From Chrysemys picta bellii (lineage: Eukaryota), in assembly GCF_011386835.1 (NCBI RefSeq), contig NC_088797.1, positions 13,764,001-13,828,000 on the forward strand: a stretch of DNA of 64,000 bases. The letters run 5' to 3'. Positions 25,401 to 40,330 of this stretch are shown here, one piece after another. The stretch's first letter is position 1. The number at the start of each line of letters is the position of its first letter. The notes beneath the pieces are model-generated. The model saw nothing but the letters and a program-made list of their open reading frames with translations. It had not been told where the DNA came from and searched no databases. The position numbers and the translations under genes are program-made.

Positions 25401-28400
25401 GTTTATTTCCGTTTATGTTAGTAATTAAATCAGGGGGAAAATACTGCATCGTGGAATGTACCAAAGCGTAGCCATGATTACATGAGGATACCATAGGCGT
25501 GACCTCCTTTTGCTCTGGACATTGTGTAGATTGCATTTTTGGACTACCAAGCAAGATTCACGTAGCTGAGACAAGGTCATCCAGTCAAAAACGGTTTTGC
25601 ATGGTTGCCTTCCCAACTCGTCCAAGGGGCTGGGTGCCACAAGAACTATGAACTGGCTAGTCAGGGCTCAGTTGTGCTTTTGAAGTCACAGGCCTTCATT
25701 AGGGGTTGTGCAGAGGTTTATTGCCCCAGTGGGATGCATGTTTAAGAGGGAAAACATTTCCAGGAGCTCCAGGTACACAAGAGACTCCATCCCTAAAAGG
25801 GCTGCTGGCCTCTCCTTTATGGTTTGCCAACTCCTGTAGCTAGTGGGAAGTAGGATATTGGCGGTCCCATTCCTCTGAGGTGGCTAGGTGCCTATTGCTG
25901 TAGGGAATGGCAGTTACTTTCAAATAGGCATTTTAAAATCTCCTGTGTCTAGACAGACCAGTATGCTGTTGTCACTACTGCCCAGTTCTACCCACAAACC
26001 TCCAACAGTAACATGACTCCTGTGGTTGACACCTGAGAAGCAGGGCTCTCATCCCTCTATATATTGTGCCACAAGGGATTTGCTTCTTAAGCAAGGTTAA
26101 ATCAGCTAACAACACAGAGCATGGCTAAGCAATTCCTATCGGGAAAGGATGAAGGTCCTTTTTGCTCTTCAGTTCAAAGATACTGAACGTTCTTTAAGCC
26201 ATGTTGTAAATGTGGGAGATTTGTCCTTGATCTGCCCCAGGGGATTTGAGTCCTACCAATCTACTGATTTCGAAGATAGTGAGCTAGTCCTTTCTGTGCC
26301 AACAATGTTCAGGACTGGATCCCCACACAATTCCTTACCTAGAGGTCAACCAAACACATTGAGAGAAAAAATATGCCTTTCCTGGTAGGATTTTGACACA
26401 TTTGCTACTTAGTTGTTTTAGATTTTCTAGGCAAGTAAGTAGTCACACAATCTTTGGAGTATATGAAATGGCAAATATTCACATTTATTGCAAACAGGTA
26501 TACGATGGATATGCTTTGAATTCTATGGGTGTAATCCTGGCCCCATTAAACTTAATGGCAAAATTCCCATTGTTAGGTTTAATAAAGTACAAATAATTGT
26601 ATTATATTAGATTTTAATTTTATATTAATAAATATTTTATGTAATAACTGACAGTACATGCAGCCAATAATACAAACTGGAATTTCTTTTGCAGTCTTGA
26701 ACTGTGAGTTTCAGTCCAAGAAATAGTCTTCAAACTTGTCTGCTTTCATAAGTCTTAATAAGATTTGCAATGTTAGTTCACAAGTTAATTTTAATTTTTG
26801 TATTAGAAATTCCATTGTTGCTTCTTGGATCTATAGAGGTATCCCACAAAATATTGTGCATTTCTATACAGAAATTAGTTTTTTGAACTAATTGAAGGTT
26901 GAATAGTTCATAAAATTGAACGTCTCAAAGTTACAGCGGTGCACAGTTACAGTTTGGTGCATAAATTGCAGTATGGCGCACTGCATCTATTTCTTCTTTT
27001 TCTTCAAATCACTGCAAAGTGATTTCCAATGCACTAAAGGCATCGGAATGTGAAGGGATGTTGACTTGTTCTTCATCACTTCCAGGACATGATCTTTTTT
27101 TTTTTTTTAATTGTCAGGAAAAATGGTTTGTATAACTGGTCGGGTCGAAGATTGGCTTTCATAAAATTGAGGTTATACTGTTTACAAGTACAGAATTTAT
27201 AGGAACACTCCTCTGACTGATGTCTTAAGTCATTGATATGTCATTGTTATGTATATAACATTAAATTATTTGGGGGATGAAAAGAATTAGAGAATGCAGT
27301 ACAATAAAAGCCAGTAACAAGGTACATGAGCCCTTGCTACAAAACAAATTCAGTAGTAAAGGGTTCATACTTGGACGTTTTTCATTCTTTAGTACATCAG
27401 CTAGAAACAATTTCCAGGGGGAAAAAAATCTGTACCTTTTCTTCCAGTATTTATATTTACAGTGGTGGCAACATACAAGTTAAAGGGACATCACTGACAC
27501 AAATATCACTCTGCTACCTGAATTTTTTACCTGCTATTGTTATAAACAACAAGCATCATGTAAGCTTATTACCACAAAAGGGATTAGAGAGAAAATAAAA
27601 AATATCTATTTTTCTCAGTTTATTTATATGCATTTGATGGCAGTTCTTATGTAGTCTGTTTCACCATGATTCCCCCTGTGTAGTAAGTCCATGAAAACTC
27701 ATACACACACAAATAAGGTGACTCACTTGAGTAGTCCCAGTGAAACGGATAAAAATTCCTCAGTGAGACCCACCCATCTCTGTAACTGATGGGAGCCAGA
27801 CTGGATTAACTTGCGTGCCCACTACGTGGAACAATTCCGCTCTGCAAGAGTTGACAGATGCTGAGGTGGAAATGAATGGACCATTTTAGTCTCCTGCTCA
27901 GGCCTGACACATGACTTTAAGAATTCTTTATTTAATTTACATGGCAATCAATTGGATTTGATTGGTTCCATTAGTTGAAGCCAATGGAACTACTGGCATG
28001 AGTAAAATGACTTTGATGAACGTGTGTTTGTAGGGTCAGGCTTTAGTCAGCTCCCTCCGCTGTGTGGCTTTTTCACACAACACTGAGATGAGAAAAATAT
28101 TTTTAACATAAAACTATAATGGGATTGCTAAATCACAAAACTTGGCTCGGGGGTTGAGGGTCTGCTGTAGCACCTGGAACTCAATTTCTCACTGGTTTTT
28201 TGAAGTGACTAATTTCCGAGTTGGCTGTTCCCCTTTACAATACAACTGGCCTCATTTTTGACAAAAATTAAAAAAAAAAAAAAGTTAAAAGACATGATTG
28301 TAATGTAAAGTGTTGCCCACTAATATTAGTAAATGTCCAAATTAGAAGGATCACAGATACTACTGACAACTCTTCAGGGGAAAAAAATGTATATATTGGA

Positions 28401-29539
28401 AACTTTGAACTTGTGGGGCTTAACCTTTTTGACACCTGTTGTCAACCCTTTGTCAGTAATAACCTGTTTGGAATATTATTATTTTTTAAAAGTCTTAAAT
28501 ACATTTGTTATAAATTAACTGACAGCCAATGACAGAGGCTGTAGTAGCCAAGATTTTCAAACAAGCACAGAAAAATTCACTGTACATAGAACCATGCACT
28601 AAGGGATTCTGGATTGATGCCATGTAGAGTTAAAGGACTCCTTTAATCTGCTAATTAACTTGGAATGAGAAGGAGCAACTTTTACTTGAGATTTGTGCCC
28701 ATGTGAAATATACTCTAGTTACATTATGCGTCCGAGACCTTGCAATGCAATTCTTCACTGTTTTTCTCTAAAATGTTGAGAACATAAATGTGCTAGTTAC
28801 AGTACATGATTTTAGACTTTTATTTTAAGCTTAATCATGGCTGAAGAAAATATTTGGTGCAAAGTTTAGATTGATAAAAGTACCCCTGCCATGCTAAATT
28901 GAGCTGAATGTTAAAGCTGTAAACAACTAGGACGATAGTCGTGATGTCTCTCTATGCTGTTGTCTGGAGCTGCAATAAATTGCTTATAAGATTCTGAGAA
29001 TATCCAAAATGTATTTAAAGCAAAAAAGTATGGTTACCTTTTTTGGAATTTGAACAAAATAAATACACAGGCAACGATAAGAGGTTGACTAAACACGAAT
29101 GGGCCTTTTAAAGATAACTACAGAGTAGGAATAAGATGTTTTAATTCTTGTATGGAAAATCCATGTTTGTTAATCATGATACTTCATTAAAATCCTTTAC
29201 CAGAGCAAGGTTAAAGTTTGATGTTTTAAGGTTTTAATAATTATTTATTAATAATAATAAGTAGTAGTAACCTGAACAGCTATGTAAAATGCTAAGACTG
29301 GTGGTCGTAAAATCATAGAAATTATAGATGGAAGAAACAACAAAAGTATGGAGCCAGATTTTCAGCCCCTCTATTTTCAAGTGCCAGTTTTAACAGATGC
29401 AGCTCACCACATCTGCAACATTGAACATATTCCCAATTTTTGCCTGGAAACAGCTCTCTGTGGGCAAAATTTAGGGACTGATGATTTTATGTATGTGGGA
29501 GGAAGGGTGGAGCAAGGGCCAGGGTGTTAGGGTGCTTTC

Positions 29540-29720
29540 CTGGACTGTGACTCAACTCCCTTCTCTGCCGCAGCTGCCTGGGTGATTCTGGGCAAGTCAC
29601 TTAGTCTCTCTGTGCCTCAATGCCCTATCTGTAAAATGGGTATAATAGTTCCTTAGTTCACAGGGCTGTTGTAAGGATAAATAAATTTAATATTGCAAGG
29701 TGCTCTGATGCTGTGTACTA
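29540..29720 (+). mobile_element. MIR/CORE-type SINE
   Basis: gggcaagtcacttagtctctctgtgcctcaatgccctatctgtaaaatgggtataatagt. Confidence 0.8.
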
Positions 29721-31727
29721 TATTGATAGATGAAACAGGTGTGCCTGCTTTTGAAATTGCAATTTACTCTATGTAGAAAAACTGAAATGAAGGCCGGTTT
29801 GAGTTTGACTGATTATTTTGTACCGTTAGTTCATGTGGGCCATCACTCTGCCACTGCAGGATGTTTGCTGCAGTACTTAGTGCAGACTAGTTTCTTATAC
29901 TGCTGTTCAAGGAGTAGTCTCTTTGAAGAACCCCAGGTCTTAGGGTATAGTTCTTTTTCAGTCAATTGCTGTTTTGACTTCAAACCATGTGCGACTTGAA
30001 ACAAAACTCCCTTTCTCAGAATAGAAATGTGGATGTCGCCGAGCGTGCTGTTCATTGTGAAGATTGAGGCTCAAATAGTTACAGATTAGTTCTAGGGCAG
30101 TGAAATAATTTCACGGTATGAGAAACCTATTGTACCTGATTTGCTTTTAGGTGGTTTGGATGGATTTTGTTGTAAATATTGCCAGAATAGTGTGGAAGTT
30201 CTGTGTTATTAGATAAATTGGAAAAACAGTGCTTGGTGACTCATTGGCAGAGTGAAAGCAGAGCAGGCTGTCATGTGGAGACACCTGCGTTCTGAACCAC
30301 ACACAGCAGTTACAGCACCAGTTTTTGTTCCTGACTTCAGGAATATTAATTTCATCATGAAATGAGTGATAGTGGTTTGGGCTTTGAGTTCCCATTGGTG
30401 GTAGATGTGTACTGCAGAGTTGGCATACCTCTTGAACGAGAACATTTTCCTGCACTTCCAGCTTGATTACTGTAGAGTTTGAGGCAAATCCTGTGTAGGT
30501 GTATTGTCTGTTGTAATGGAAGAAGAGAAGCACCAACTAGATATGACACATTTTGCACCTTTTTCTGTTACGAATTGTGTCCAAACAAATTATTTTCATG
30601 CATGTATTAATTATCCATAATTATTTGTTGGATAATTACTTCAAATCATTTTAAGCCTGTTTCGTTGCTGTTGTGAGTATTCAAGTTGTTTTGATTAGAA
30701 TGTATAGGTCACCTGGTATATTTCTGTTCTCTGACTGAATAAACGTAAGTGTCAGAATCACGTTTTTGGTGTGTGGGAAAGGGGAGAGAAGCCTAGAGGA
30801 TTCTGATTAGGAGATGTGCTTTCTGCAAATATTCTGCCATGTCTCTTTAAAACTAATTGATCTGAAGGACATTCCTGCAAGTAAACTCATACACTAGAAT
30901 TTTCCTAGAATGTAATCACAGAAGAGGCGAATTTGTTTAATACGTTGAACAAATTCAATTTTTTTTTCAGTGTTCACCCAACTCTGAACTCAAACAATGT
31001 TAATTTTATGAAAGGTCGCACACAGCTAGAATTTTGGGCATGGCTGTGTCAGAGGATGCTGAGAGATAAATCCCTCACTATTTACTTCTGCTTCCAATTG
31101 CTCTGAGGAGCCTATTTTTGTCAGTAAGAGAAAATATATGGCTCACCAGATGCCATTAGTTTGAAAAATAAGGAGGATGTCTTTTTGTCTGAAAGGAGTA
31201 GAACGTTAATGGCATCACAGCAGTAATGAAGAGCTAAGCCGCTAACCTTATCTTTGAAAAAGTCTTAGGAGGAAGACACCGCTATTCACTTACAGCCATT
31301 CAGATTCAGAAACAACCTTTGAAAGTAAACTCGGAAGGAAAAAATAAAACATTCCATAAGGAAATAGTAAGAGTTACCAGGGAGTGATATTTTTCCCCCC
31401 TCCATGGGAACAGGCACTTTTAACAAAATAGTATAAAATATTTGGACCCACAAAACTTAATTTTCATATTTGAGGACCTTTGCTGGCTACGCATGATCTT
31501 GTGTAAATAGACGACATTGACAAGGAATATAGAGTAGAATATAAGCTGCAAGATTTGCACCTCTTAGAAAATTGTAAAGAAAGAAAAATCCTCAGTAAAA
31601 TTAAGTGAATTTTATACTCACCAGAGGTGCCAAGATTATAGCATTGAAGGTACAAAACAGGCAATGCATGCTCCACGTGCCATCACTTTAATATGTCACA
31701 TTCCTAGTGAGAAGGAGCCACTGCCAG

Positions 31728-32220
31728 CAGAGACAACCTGTAACTCTTGATGGTAAGGGTGGAGAATTTAAAGGTTTGGGGGAGGGGGCTAGTGACTGCC
31801 CCACATGTCGCCTCTGGCTCCTTTCTCACTCCCCCTGCACCTCCCACACCCGGTCCAAGTCGGCACCACCTTGCTCCCACTTTCCTCACAGCTCCTTCCC
31901 CGCTTACTTCTCCCCTAGCCTCCCTGCTGCAGGCACAGCACAGGCTGGAGCAGGCTCCGGACCCCTATTGCCAGGCAGGTAACTGCAGCTGTGGGCGAGG
32001 AAGGGACGGGATTCAGAGGGCTTCCCTGTGCACCCTTTGGTGGAGCTGTGCTGCCAGCCCTGTCTCTTTTCCCTTCTCCAGGAACCTCCTAGCAGAGCTC
32101 AGCAGAAGCACTAGCTACTGGAGCCTTTCCCAGGCATGTCCCCCCCTCAGCCTGACTCCCACCCGGCAGAAATCTGGGGGACCAAGTGACCCCGCGTGCC
32201 CCTGCCACGCTTCACCTCTG
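31728..32220. mobile_element. GC-rich hAT-type non-autonomous element
   Basis: Perfect 8-bp TSD actgccag at 31720-31727 and 32221-32228; short TIR CAGAG / CTCTG. Confidence 0.7.
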
Positions 32221-33555
32221 ACTGCCAGAGATGGTCTAACTCAGCCTCCATGATCATTCAATTTCTTCACATAGTGTTGGAGTTTCAGACAAGATTGCTG
32301 TTCTTGGTGATGGCATATTTTGTGGTGTGGACTTATAGAAACTTTTTTCCTACAGGCAGTTGAACACCCATTGGATAATAACTTTGTATACAACTTACCT
32401 CTCTTGGTCCAGACTCAAACCAATATTGTAGAGGTATAACAATCTTTGTCACTGTCAGTCCCTTGAGCCATCTTTCCTAGGGAAAAAGTTCAATGGAATT
32501 AGCCACTGAGATACTGGTAATTTAACCCCCGCTACTTTAAAAAGAAAAACAATCCTTGGGAAAAGAAGGGCAATAGGTAAAGCTTCTACTCCCACTGCCC
32601 AGTTTTATCTCTGAGGCGTTAAACACCAGATCTTGACAAAGAACAGCACTTCTGTGGAAAGGCCTCCAAAAATCTCTCGTCTACTGTATTGTACAGTACC
32701 TGATGGGCTATTTTGAATTATTGGTGGAAGAGAGACAGAACAGTTTGGAATATACCTGTTTGTGTTGAGGTGACTTTGGGACGAACATGTCCTGATTTCT
32801 GCTGCACACCCTGCACTGTTTCATGTGCAGAACTCCCGTTGGCATCCATGAGAATGCTTCCTGAGAGTATGCGTCAGTTACCCCCTCTGTGGATACAGGA
32901 TCTGCTGATGGCAAGAAGAGGTAAATTTTATTTCTTGACTGTAGAGCCTAACATCTTCCATGTGGTGCTGTGCTCCAAGGTTATAAGGAATAAAGCTTGC
33001 TGTCTCTAAAACCAGCTTCTTTAGCATGTTTTACTGTTAATTCCTTGGGTATACAGAATATTTATTTATTTTAAATTTGCCAAACAACTAAAGGGATAAT
33101 CTTATTCTGCATGCAGATGGGAATTGTTTGGAGGCTAAAGAGAAGGTAGGACGGTCATTCCATAAGAACACTGTTTTTTCCAGAGACATTTATAGAAAAT
33201 GCTAGGCTATGAAATTCCACTCTTGTGCAGTGGGATACTTCTGGATTCAGCAAGAAGTTTTGGGAGTTGTAGTGGATGCTTACATGCAGGTGGTGTGCAG
33301 AAATGGGTGTCTTACATAGGGGAGAACACTGTTTTCTCTGCGTAAGAAGAGTTGCATGTTAACTGATGGTGTAGAGTTGGCAGAGTACTCCATCTCTAAC
33401 TGCAGGAGGGCATGTTTCAAAGTTGAACTTTGATTTAGTCCCACTGATGGATCCAGAGGCAGCTACATTAGTCACCCAATTGTTCTTGCCTTGGGAGGAT
33501 TCTGTCTACAATGTTGGACCTTACCAGGGCAAGTAAGCAAGCAGGAGCAGTGAAA

Positions 33556-34228
33556 ATCATAGACTCATAGAATCATAGAATATCAGGGTTGGAAGGGACC
33601 TCCGGGGGTCATCTAGTCCACCCCCCTGCTCAAAGCAGGACCAACCCCCACCTAAATCATCCCAGCCAAGGCTTTGTCAAGCCTGACCTTAAAAACCTCT
33701 AAGGAAGGAGATTCCACCAGCTCCCTAGGTAACCCATTCCAATGCTTCATCACCCTCCTAGTGAAAAAGTTTTTCCTAATATCCAACCTAAACCTCCCAC
33801 ACTGCAACTTGAGACCATTACTCCTTGTTCCGTCATCTGGTACGCTGAGAATAGTCTAGATCCATCCTATTTGGAACCCCCTTTCAGGTAGTTGAAAGCA
33901 GTTATCAAATCCCCCTTCATTCTTCTCTTCTGTAGACTAAATAATCCCAGTTCCCTCAGCCTCTCCTCATAAATCATGTGCTCCAGCCCCCTAATCATTT
34001 TTGTTGCCCTCCGCAGGACTCTTTCCAATTTTTCCACATCCTTCCAGTAGTGTGGGGCCCAAAACTGGACACACTACACCAGATGAGGCTTCACCAATGC
34101 CGAATAGAGGGGAATGATCACGTCCCTCGATCTGCTGGCAATGCTCCTACTTATACAGCCCAAAATGCCATTAGCCTTCTTGGCAACAAGGGCACACTGT
34201 CGACTCATGTCCAGCTTCTCGTCCACTG
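33556..34228 (-). mobile_element. CR1 LINE 3' fragment (~670 bp)
   Basis: (catagaat)n tail at the left end; homology to the 15.7-kb copy ends at gtccactg. Confidence 0.95.
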
Positions 34229-34706
34229 AGGGATCTGTGGTGGTGTGTGCGTCCCTTAAAAGTCTTTAATTAGTGGGATTTTCTCAATGGTAGCTGCACT
34301 CTGATTTGAAGTGTGTAAAAGGAAAAGTTATACAACTGGGAATATTCAGCACTTCTCTGAGGCACACTGCTGCTTTTATTATGTTTTTATTTGAAATAAA
34401 TGACAATAGGGAATGATACACCAAGCTGAACTGTTAGCAGATAATGATCATTATGATGATGATGATTTGGTATTTTAGTTACACTGGTGGCCAGGGGCTC
34501 GGTTCAGGATTTGGACCCTTTTATGCTAGGTGCTGTACAGCAATAGAAACAGACATTATCACTGCAAAGATCAGATTGTTTATAATCAAAGACGATACAT
34601 ACAAAGTGATGCAGGCAGGAGGCCGTAGAATATATACACATTTTCCCCTCTTTTAAAAGTTTGTAGTTACATGGCTTAAAAGAGTTTTCTTAACTGCCTC
34701 TCCACC

Positions 34707-34931
34707 CAGGGCCGGCTCCAGGCACCAGCTTGCCAAGCAGGTGCTTGGGGCAGCCTCTCTGGAGAGGGGCGACCCGTCCAGCTATTCGGCGGCAGTTCGG
34801 CCAACGGTCCCTCACTCCCGCTTGGAGCGAAGGACCTCCCGCCGAATTGCCGCCGCAGATCATGACCGCGGCTTTTTTTTTTTTTTTTTTTTTTGATGCT
34901 TGGGGCGGCAAAAACCCTGGAGCCGGCCCTG
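34707..34931. mobile_element. hAT-type MITE (CAGGGCCGGCTCC family)
   Basis: Perfect TIR cagggccggctccagg / cctggagccggccctg; TSD tctccacc / tctccatc. Confidence 0.9.
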
Positions 34932-35161
34932 TCTCCATCAAACCATTGTACAATATGAGTATGTAATATGAGGCCTGTGTGTTCCACACAAGCCAGCAAG
35001 AACAAATTATGCTCAAATTCTGTGGATCGCAATGCACCAGACTGGACATCATCTTGGTTACCAGACCATCCCTTCAGTGAGCTATGCTGCTGTTAGTTGG
35101 AAGCATGTTTATTCTCTTAATCTATTTTGAATAGTCTAGTTGTTTTTATAGCCATTGAGGG

Positions 35162-35284
35162 TAGGGTGACCAGATGTCCCGATGTTATAAGGACAGTCCT
35201 GATATTCATGGCTTTTTCTTATATAGGCACCTATTACCCCCCAACCCCATCCCAATTTTTCACATATGCTATCTGGTCGCGCTA
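35162..35284. mobile_element. hAT-Blackjack-like MITE (TAGGGTGACCAG TIR)
   Basis: tagggtgaccagat / atctggtcgcgcta; TSD attgaggg / attgagga. Confidence 0.85.
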
Positions 35285-38200
35285 ATTGAGGAGCAAGTTT
35301 AAGCATGATTATGTTTCTATAACTGGTGCCACCATGCGGTATTCCCCGCAATATGTTGACATCATCATTATCTGATCAATTGTTTCTTTGTAAACCACCA
35401 TACATTTAAAATAAATACATTCATCCTGGCATATGGAGAGTATTGCATGCAGACTGAGCTGAATGTGCCACAAGCCTGTTTCTTTTTTATATGTTCAGTC
35501 GCTTTCTTGGTCTTCTAATAGTTCAATTAGTGAATGAAGAAGAGTTGTAGGAAGTGGTGGTCTATTACTCTTGAGTAATATGACTGGGTTTATGGCATTG
35601 TCTGCCGGTAGCGTTACTTAGCCCAATCCTGAGAGATACTGTGTGACTCAGTGAACTCAGTCAGACTTGATGGCAATCAGAACCTCAAAGGATTTGGATC
35701 CACGGTGCTGATCTTTTGGGAATGTTCTTTTCCTGGGCTGTATCCCCATGGTACAGAATAGTAGAAATGATACTAAGTATCTCTAGGCTGGATTGGTTTA
35801 AGGTGGTGCAATCGAACAAGAGCCAGTTTACTCTCTGGTAGTTGCATACCTTTTCATTTTCTTCCGATTATGATGACTGAGCTTTGTGACAGCCTACGGC
35901 AGATGTGCAACTGAGAGATGAGACTTCATATGCAACGCATGCCAAAGACCGAAAAGGTCTGACAAATATAAATGACTAGGGTGAGTTGGAAACTTGTTTC
36001 TTGAGGTGTTAAAACTTCTTGAGAGGCAATTAAATGAAGTCTCTATCTAGCCAGTAAAAATAAATGCCCAGAGGAGAAAACTAGACAGCAAATTTGATGA
36101 GGTGGGTTTTTTTTTAAGATATTCAAATTTATGTTAAAAAGAGCATCTCTCTTCTATTTATGATGAACATACTTTGTAAATGTGTTACATATAAAGTTGT
36201 GTATCATTTGCTTTATCAACCACCAAATATTAAAATGTATTTTATAATGGAGTTTTGAAGAGGATAATTGCAACAAATGAACTTGAGATATTTTGGTATC
36301 TGACAAACATGCCGTGAGAATAACAAGAATGAGTAGAATACAGTGAGAGATGTCATTGGTACTCTTCCATTATCTTCTCTCCTAGCTAGCTCACTTTATT
36401 TTATGTATGTATGTATGCATGTTTGTAAAGTGAATGGGCAGTCTCTGAAAAGGCCAATTTTGCATAACTTTTACGTCGAGATTCACAGCAACATCTACAA
36501 CAGTGAGAGGGTTAAAATCAAGTCCTAGGTTTTAAACAAGTTTTTAAAAGTTGGCACTGTATATTAAGAATATAGAGTTCTGTAAAGACTTGGATTTTGT
36601 GGGACATACATTGTAGGCAGCTTCTATTTTGGTACATCAGGTTTTGTGTGGGTCAGTGATTCCACCTGTGAAAATGAGTATGTACCATTTAGTGACATAC
36701 AGCCTACATTTGTGGCCTACACCTTAAAACTACTGGAAAAGTGTGGCTGCCTACTTACAATGTGTTTTATTAAGAAAGGATCATGTTTATGCTCTGTGAG
36801 CTGCACAGAATGCCTGTCGATTTCTGAATGAAACTCAGGCCCTGAAAAGCCTTGCATTGTTTGAATCGTGGACAATTTTGAAGCCACCTAACCCACCTCT
36901 TCCATTGTTACCAACTCTTACTAATTATTTCTGAGTGACATTATTTTGGCCTCTGTTGCCAACATGCTCACAAAGTTGTCTAGCCTTCAGACAATCTTGA
37001 TGAAGAAAAATATGAGACAGACAGACTCTCCCTCACACAATACCCTGTAATCTAGGGGAAGGTACACTAAGCCGACTTCTGGACACATCTTTTCCACTAA
37101 TAATTGTTAATATTTCTGTGATCTTCATAACTTTATTATGAATCAGAGCCTCATGCTACTTTGAAAGTAACCATCTTCCACCCATTTCACAGATCAGAGT
37201 GCTCCCACAAGGATACTTTAGGCATAGTTAGGAGTAGGACCCATGTGTCTGATATAAGAGAGCTAAGTCTCATTTGCTTTGGCATGCAGCCTTTCAGAAG
37301 GAATGTGCCGAATTAGGTGCTTCTGTAACCGAGAACAACACAGTATTGACCTTCTATTGGCTATACCATATATAGATGTTTGACTGCTATCTCTGATGCT
37401 AGCAGATATGATTAAGTGGCAGCGGCTCATTCTTTTTATATCCAGAGGTCCCAGGTTCATTTTCTGCTCACAACCCAAACAGAGGTAGTGTTATATTTGT
37501 TTATGATATTCTGTCTATAACCACTAGATCACACTCTGCTTCCAGAACCAGGAACAGGAACACTGATGCCCAGAATTTTTCTGCTGTCTTGCAAATTGCA
37601 GTGTATCCCACTGGCAAAGTATAAGTTGTGTTTCCTTGTACTGGTGCTCCACATATAAGAAATCAACATGTTTTTATGCCACTACTTATGCCTCTAACAG
37701 ATGTGGAGCTGAAGGTTATGAGTTTAAATCTTATGGAGGACCTACGTGGACTTTAAAAAATTACACACATATGTTTAAATGTTAATACAAGGACCTGAGA
37801 GCAATAGCTGAGATTATTAAATCTGCCAAACATTGACTTAAAAAATGATTTTAAACGTTGTGTTAATATTTGTTTTGTTCTTGCAGTTTTATTGTTTGTC
37901 TTTTGATTAATGGAAACTGTGCCTTTAAGATCCTGTGTTTGAGACTGAGAACAGTGTGTAGGAGATTATCTCTGTGTGTCCAGAGACTGGAAGACCCAGT
38001 CTATGCAGGATACATTAATGTCAGAACTTGATTTAGTAAATGTAACTTTCCAGAAAGCAAGCCACATTCTCAAAGGTGTGACATTAATACTTCTGTGGGG
38101 CTGGATGCCTCAGTATACTAATAACAAACTAAAGAACCTCTCACATGAAGTTCACTAGTTTGTATTTTGCTTAATTAATGGGTCTTTGGTGGTCCAAAAT

Positions 38201-38742
38201 TAGATCGGTTTTGTGGTTCCTAGTTCCAGCTCTCTCATCACAAATTCACCACTGTGTTCTGCAAGGTCTTCAGGGCAAAGACCCTCTCTCACTATGCATT
38301 TGTACAATACCTGGCATAATGGTGTCACAATCTTGATTGGGTCTTCTAGCAAGAGCTCCTGCAGGCCCAAACTGCCTTATGATAAATTTGCAATTTGGCA
38401 ATGCTGTAATTGTCACATACTTTCAAGGTTGACAGGGTGAGTTCAAAAATCAGAAGATAAACTTTTTAAAATGATTTTTAAAAATCTCATGATTTTTGGA
38501 CAAACTCACGATTTTTTGGATTCAGACTCGCAATGATTTTTTTTTTTAAACATTTGGGGCTGTCAATACTACTGCATGTGTGGGGATGTGGCAATTGTGA
38601 GCAACTAAAGTGCTTAAGGTGACAACCACTTAAATGAAAGCATAGGTTTGGGGTGACAGGGTATGCCCAGACAGGAGCTCTTGACTCTGGAATTCACTTA
38701 CTTCCCTTTGTTTGACACAGCCTGGGATTTGTGACCTTCAGG

Positions 38743-38866
38743 TAGGGTGACCAGATGTCCTGTTTTTAAAGGGACAGTCCCGTTTTTTGGGACTTTTTCT
38801 TATATAGGCACCTATTGCCTCCCACCCCCTGTCCCATTTTTTCACAATTGCTATCTGGTCACCCTA
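38743..38866. mobile_element. hAT-Blackjack-like MITE, second copy
   Basis: tagggtgaccagat / atctggtcacccta; TSD ccttcagg / tcttcagg; body shared with the 35162 copy. Confidence 0.9.
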
Positions 38867-40176
38867 TCTTCAGGAAACTCTTATTTCCCCCAGGGTTTTC
38901 CAGGGATGTGCATGGAGTTTAAGGAGGCAAGGGAAAGAAAAATAATGATATGTGGGGACTTTGCTGAATTTTTGAATGTTTATAGTGATTCTACAGCACT
39001 TACATGCCTAGTCCACACTTCTTTAGTTGGGAATAAATGCTGTTATGTGTACAAATGAGGAGAGAGTGCCTGCACCCTACAAGGCAAGTTGAAGGTTTAT
39101 GTAAAACAATGTCTTTCAGATTCAGTTCTGACTAGTATTCTGAAATATTAAACTAGGAAGGATCAGATAAAATGTGTATAGGAAGTAAAGTACTCTCTCT
39201 TAAGGTCTGATCTTACATGAGCAGTCTTTATACACACAAGCAGCAGTGGGACAAATTGGGTAAGTAAGAACTGCTAATTGGAGTAAGAATTTGTAGCTGA
39301 GACCCTCAATAATTATCACAGCGACTGAATGCTTCTGAAATAACTTAGTTCATTTGTGCCATTCTCTCTCATTTCTTTTCTCAGCAAATTGGCAAAAATA
39401 AATAAAAAATTAAAACAGCACAGGACATTTGATTACAGAACTTAGAAACAACTCAAACTAATGAGGTCTTTATTCTCAAAAGTGATTAGTTGGGTTTTTC
39501 ACGTAATTCAGCCATTTGTTATTCTCAACAGGTAACCAGAACTACTGAAATTTCTTGCCCCTACAACACGTGCACAATGCTAATTTATGGAGCTAGGTTT
39601 ATGTCATGATACAAACTGAAACAGCGACATTGCAATTGTGCTTATTGTTCCGACATTTTTATAATGATGATTGTATCATGCTCTGTGTAATATTATGTCT
39701 TTGGAATGATCGCACATTTCTAAAGACAAACTTCTTTTTTTAATCTCAGAAATCCTACTCTGGGTTATTTTCACCCTTTTCCATGAAAACAGGATGAATT
39801 TGTATCTGTTCGTGGTCTAATCTGAATAGTCAGCAATATTTCTAATTTAATTGGCACCCAGCTACAACACTGACAATATTGATTGTATCATGTGAATCTA
39901 AACAATATTTCACTTTTTTTTTTTCTCTAACCTTTTTGGCAGCAAGTAACTATTGAATAATCTATTGAAGATGATAGAATCAGGAGGGTAAATATTAAAT
40001 TTATCCCACAAATTCCAAGCTGTCTGTCACATTAATGTTTGTTTTAACTTTGGGTCAAACAGAGGAAGAAGAAGGCACAGAGTCTGCTCTTGGGAAGGTC
40101 CTTGCCACTAAAGGCATATAGCCAATATCTATAAAGACAGGAAGACTGTACAAGGCTGAGCAAAGTATCAAAGGAG

Positions 40177-40330
40177 GCGCTGTGATCTAGCAGCTAGAGA
40201 AAGGGATTAGGAGCCAGCTTTCCTGGATTCTGCTACTGATTTGGTGTTTGAGCTTGGGCAAGTCTATTAACCTCGCCGTGCCTCCGTTTCCTTATCTTTA
40301 AAATGCTAATATTAAATCACCTTTACAAAG
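40177..40330 (+). mobile_element. MIR/CORE-type SINE
   Basis: tRNA-like head followed by ttgggcaagtctattaacctcgccgtgcctccgtttccttatctttaaaatg. Confidence 0.7.

Noticed and set aside
30147-30558. 129-aa minus-strand ORF and overlapping ORFs
   Set aside because: No recognisable homology, splice structure or coding-like composition.
33240-33540. Possible very old L2-type relic
   Set aside because: Motif resemblance too weak to support by eye.
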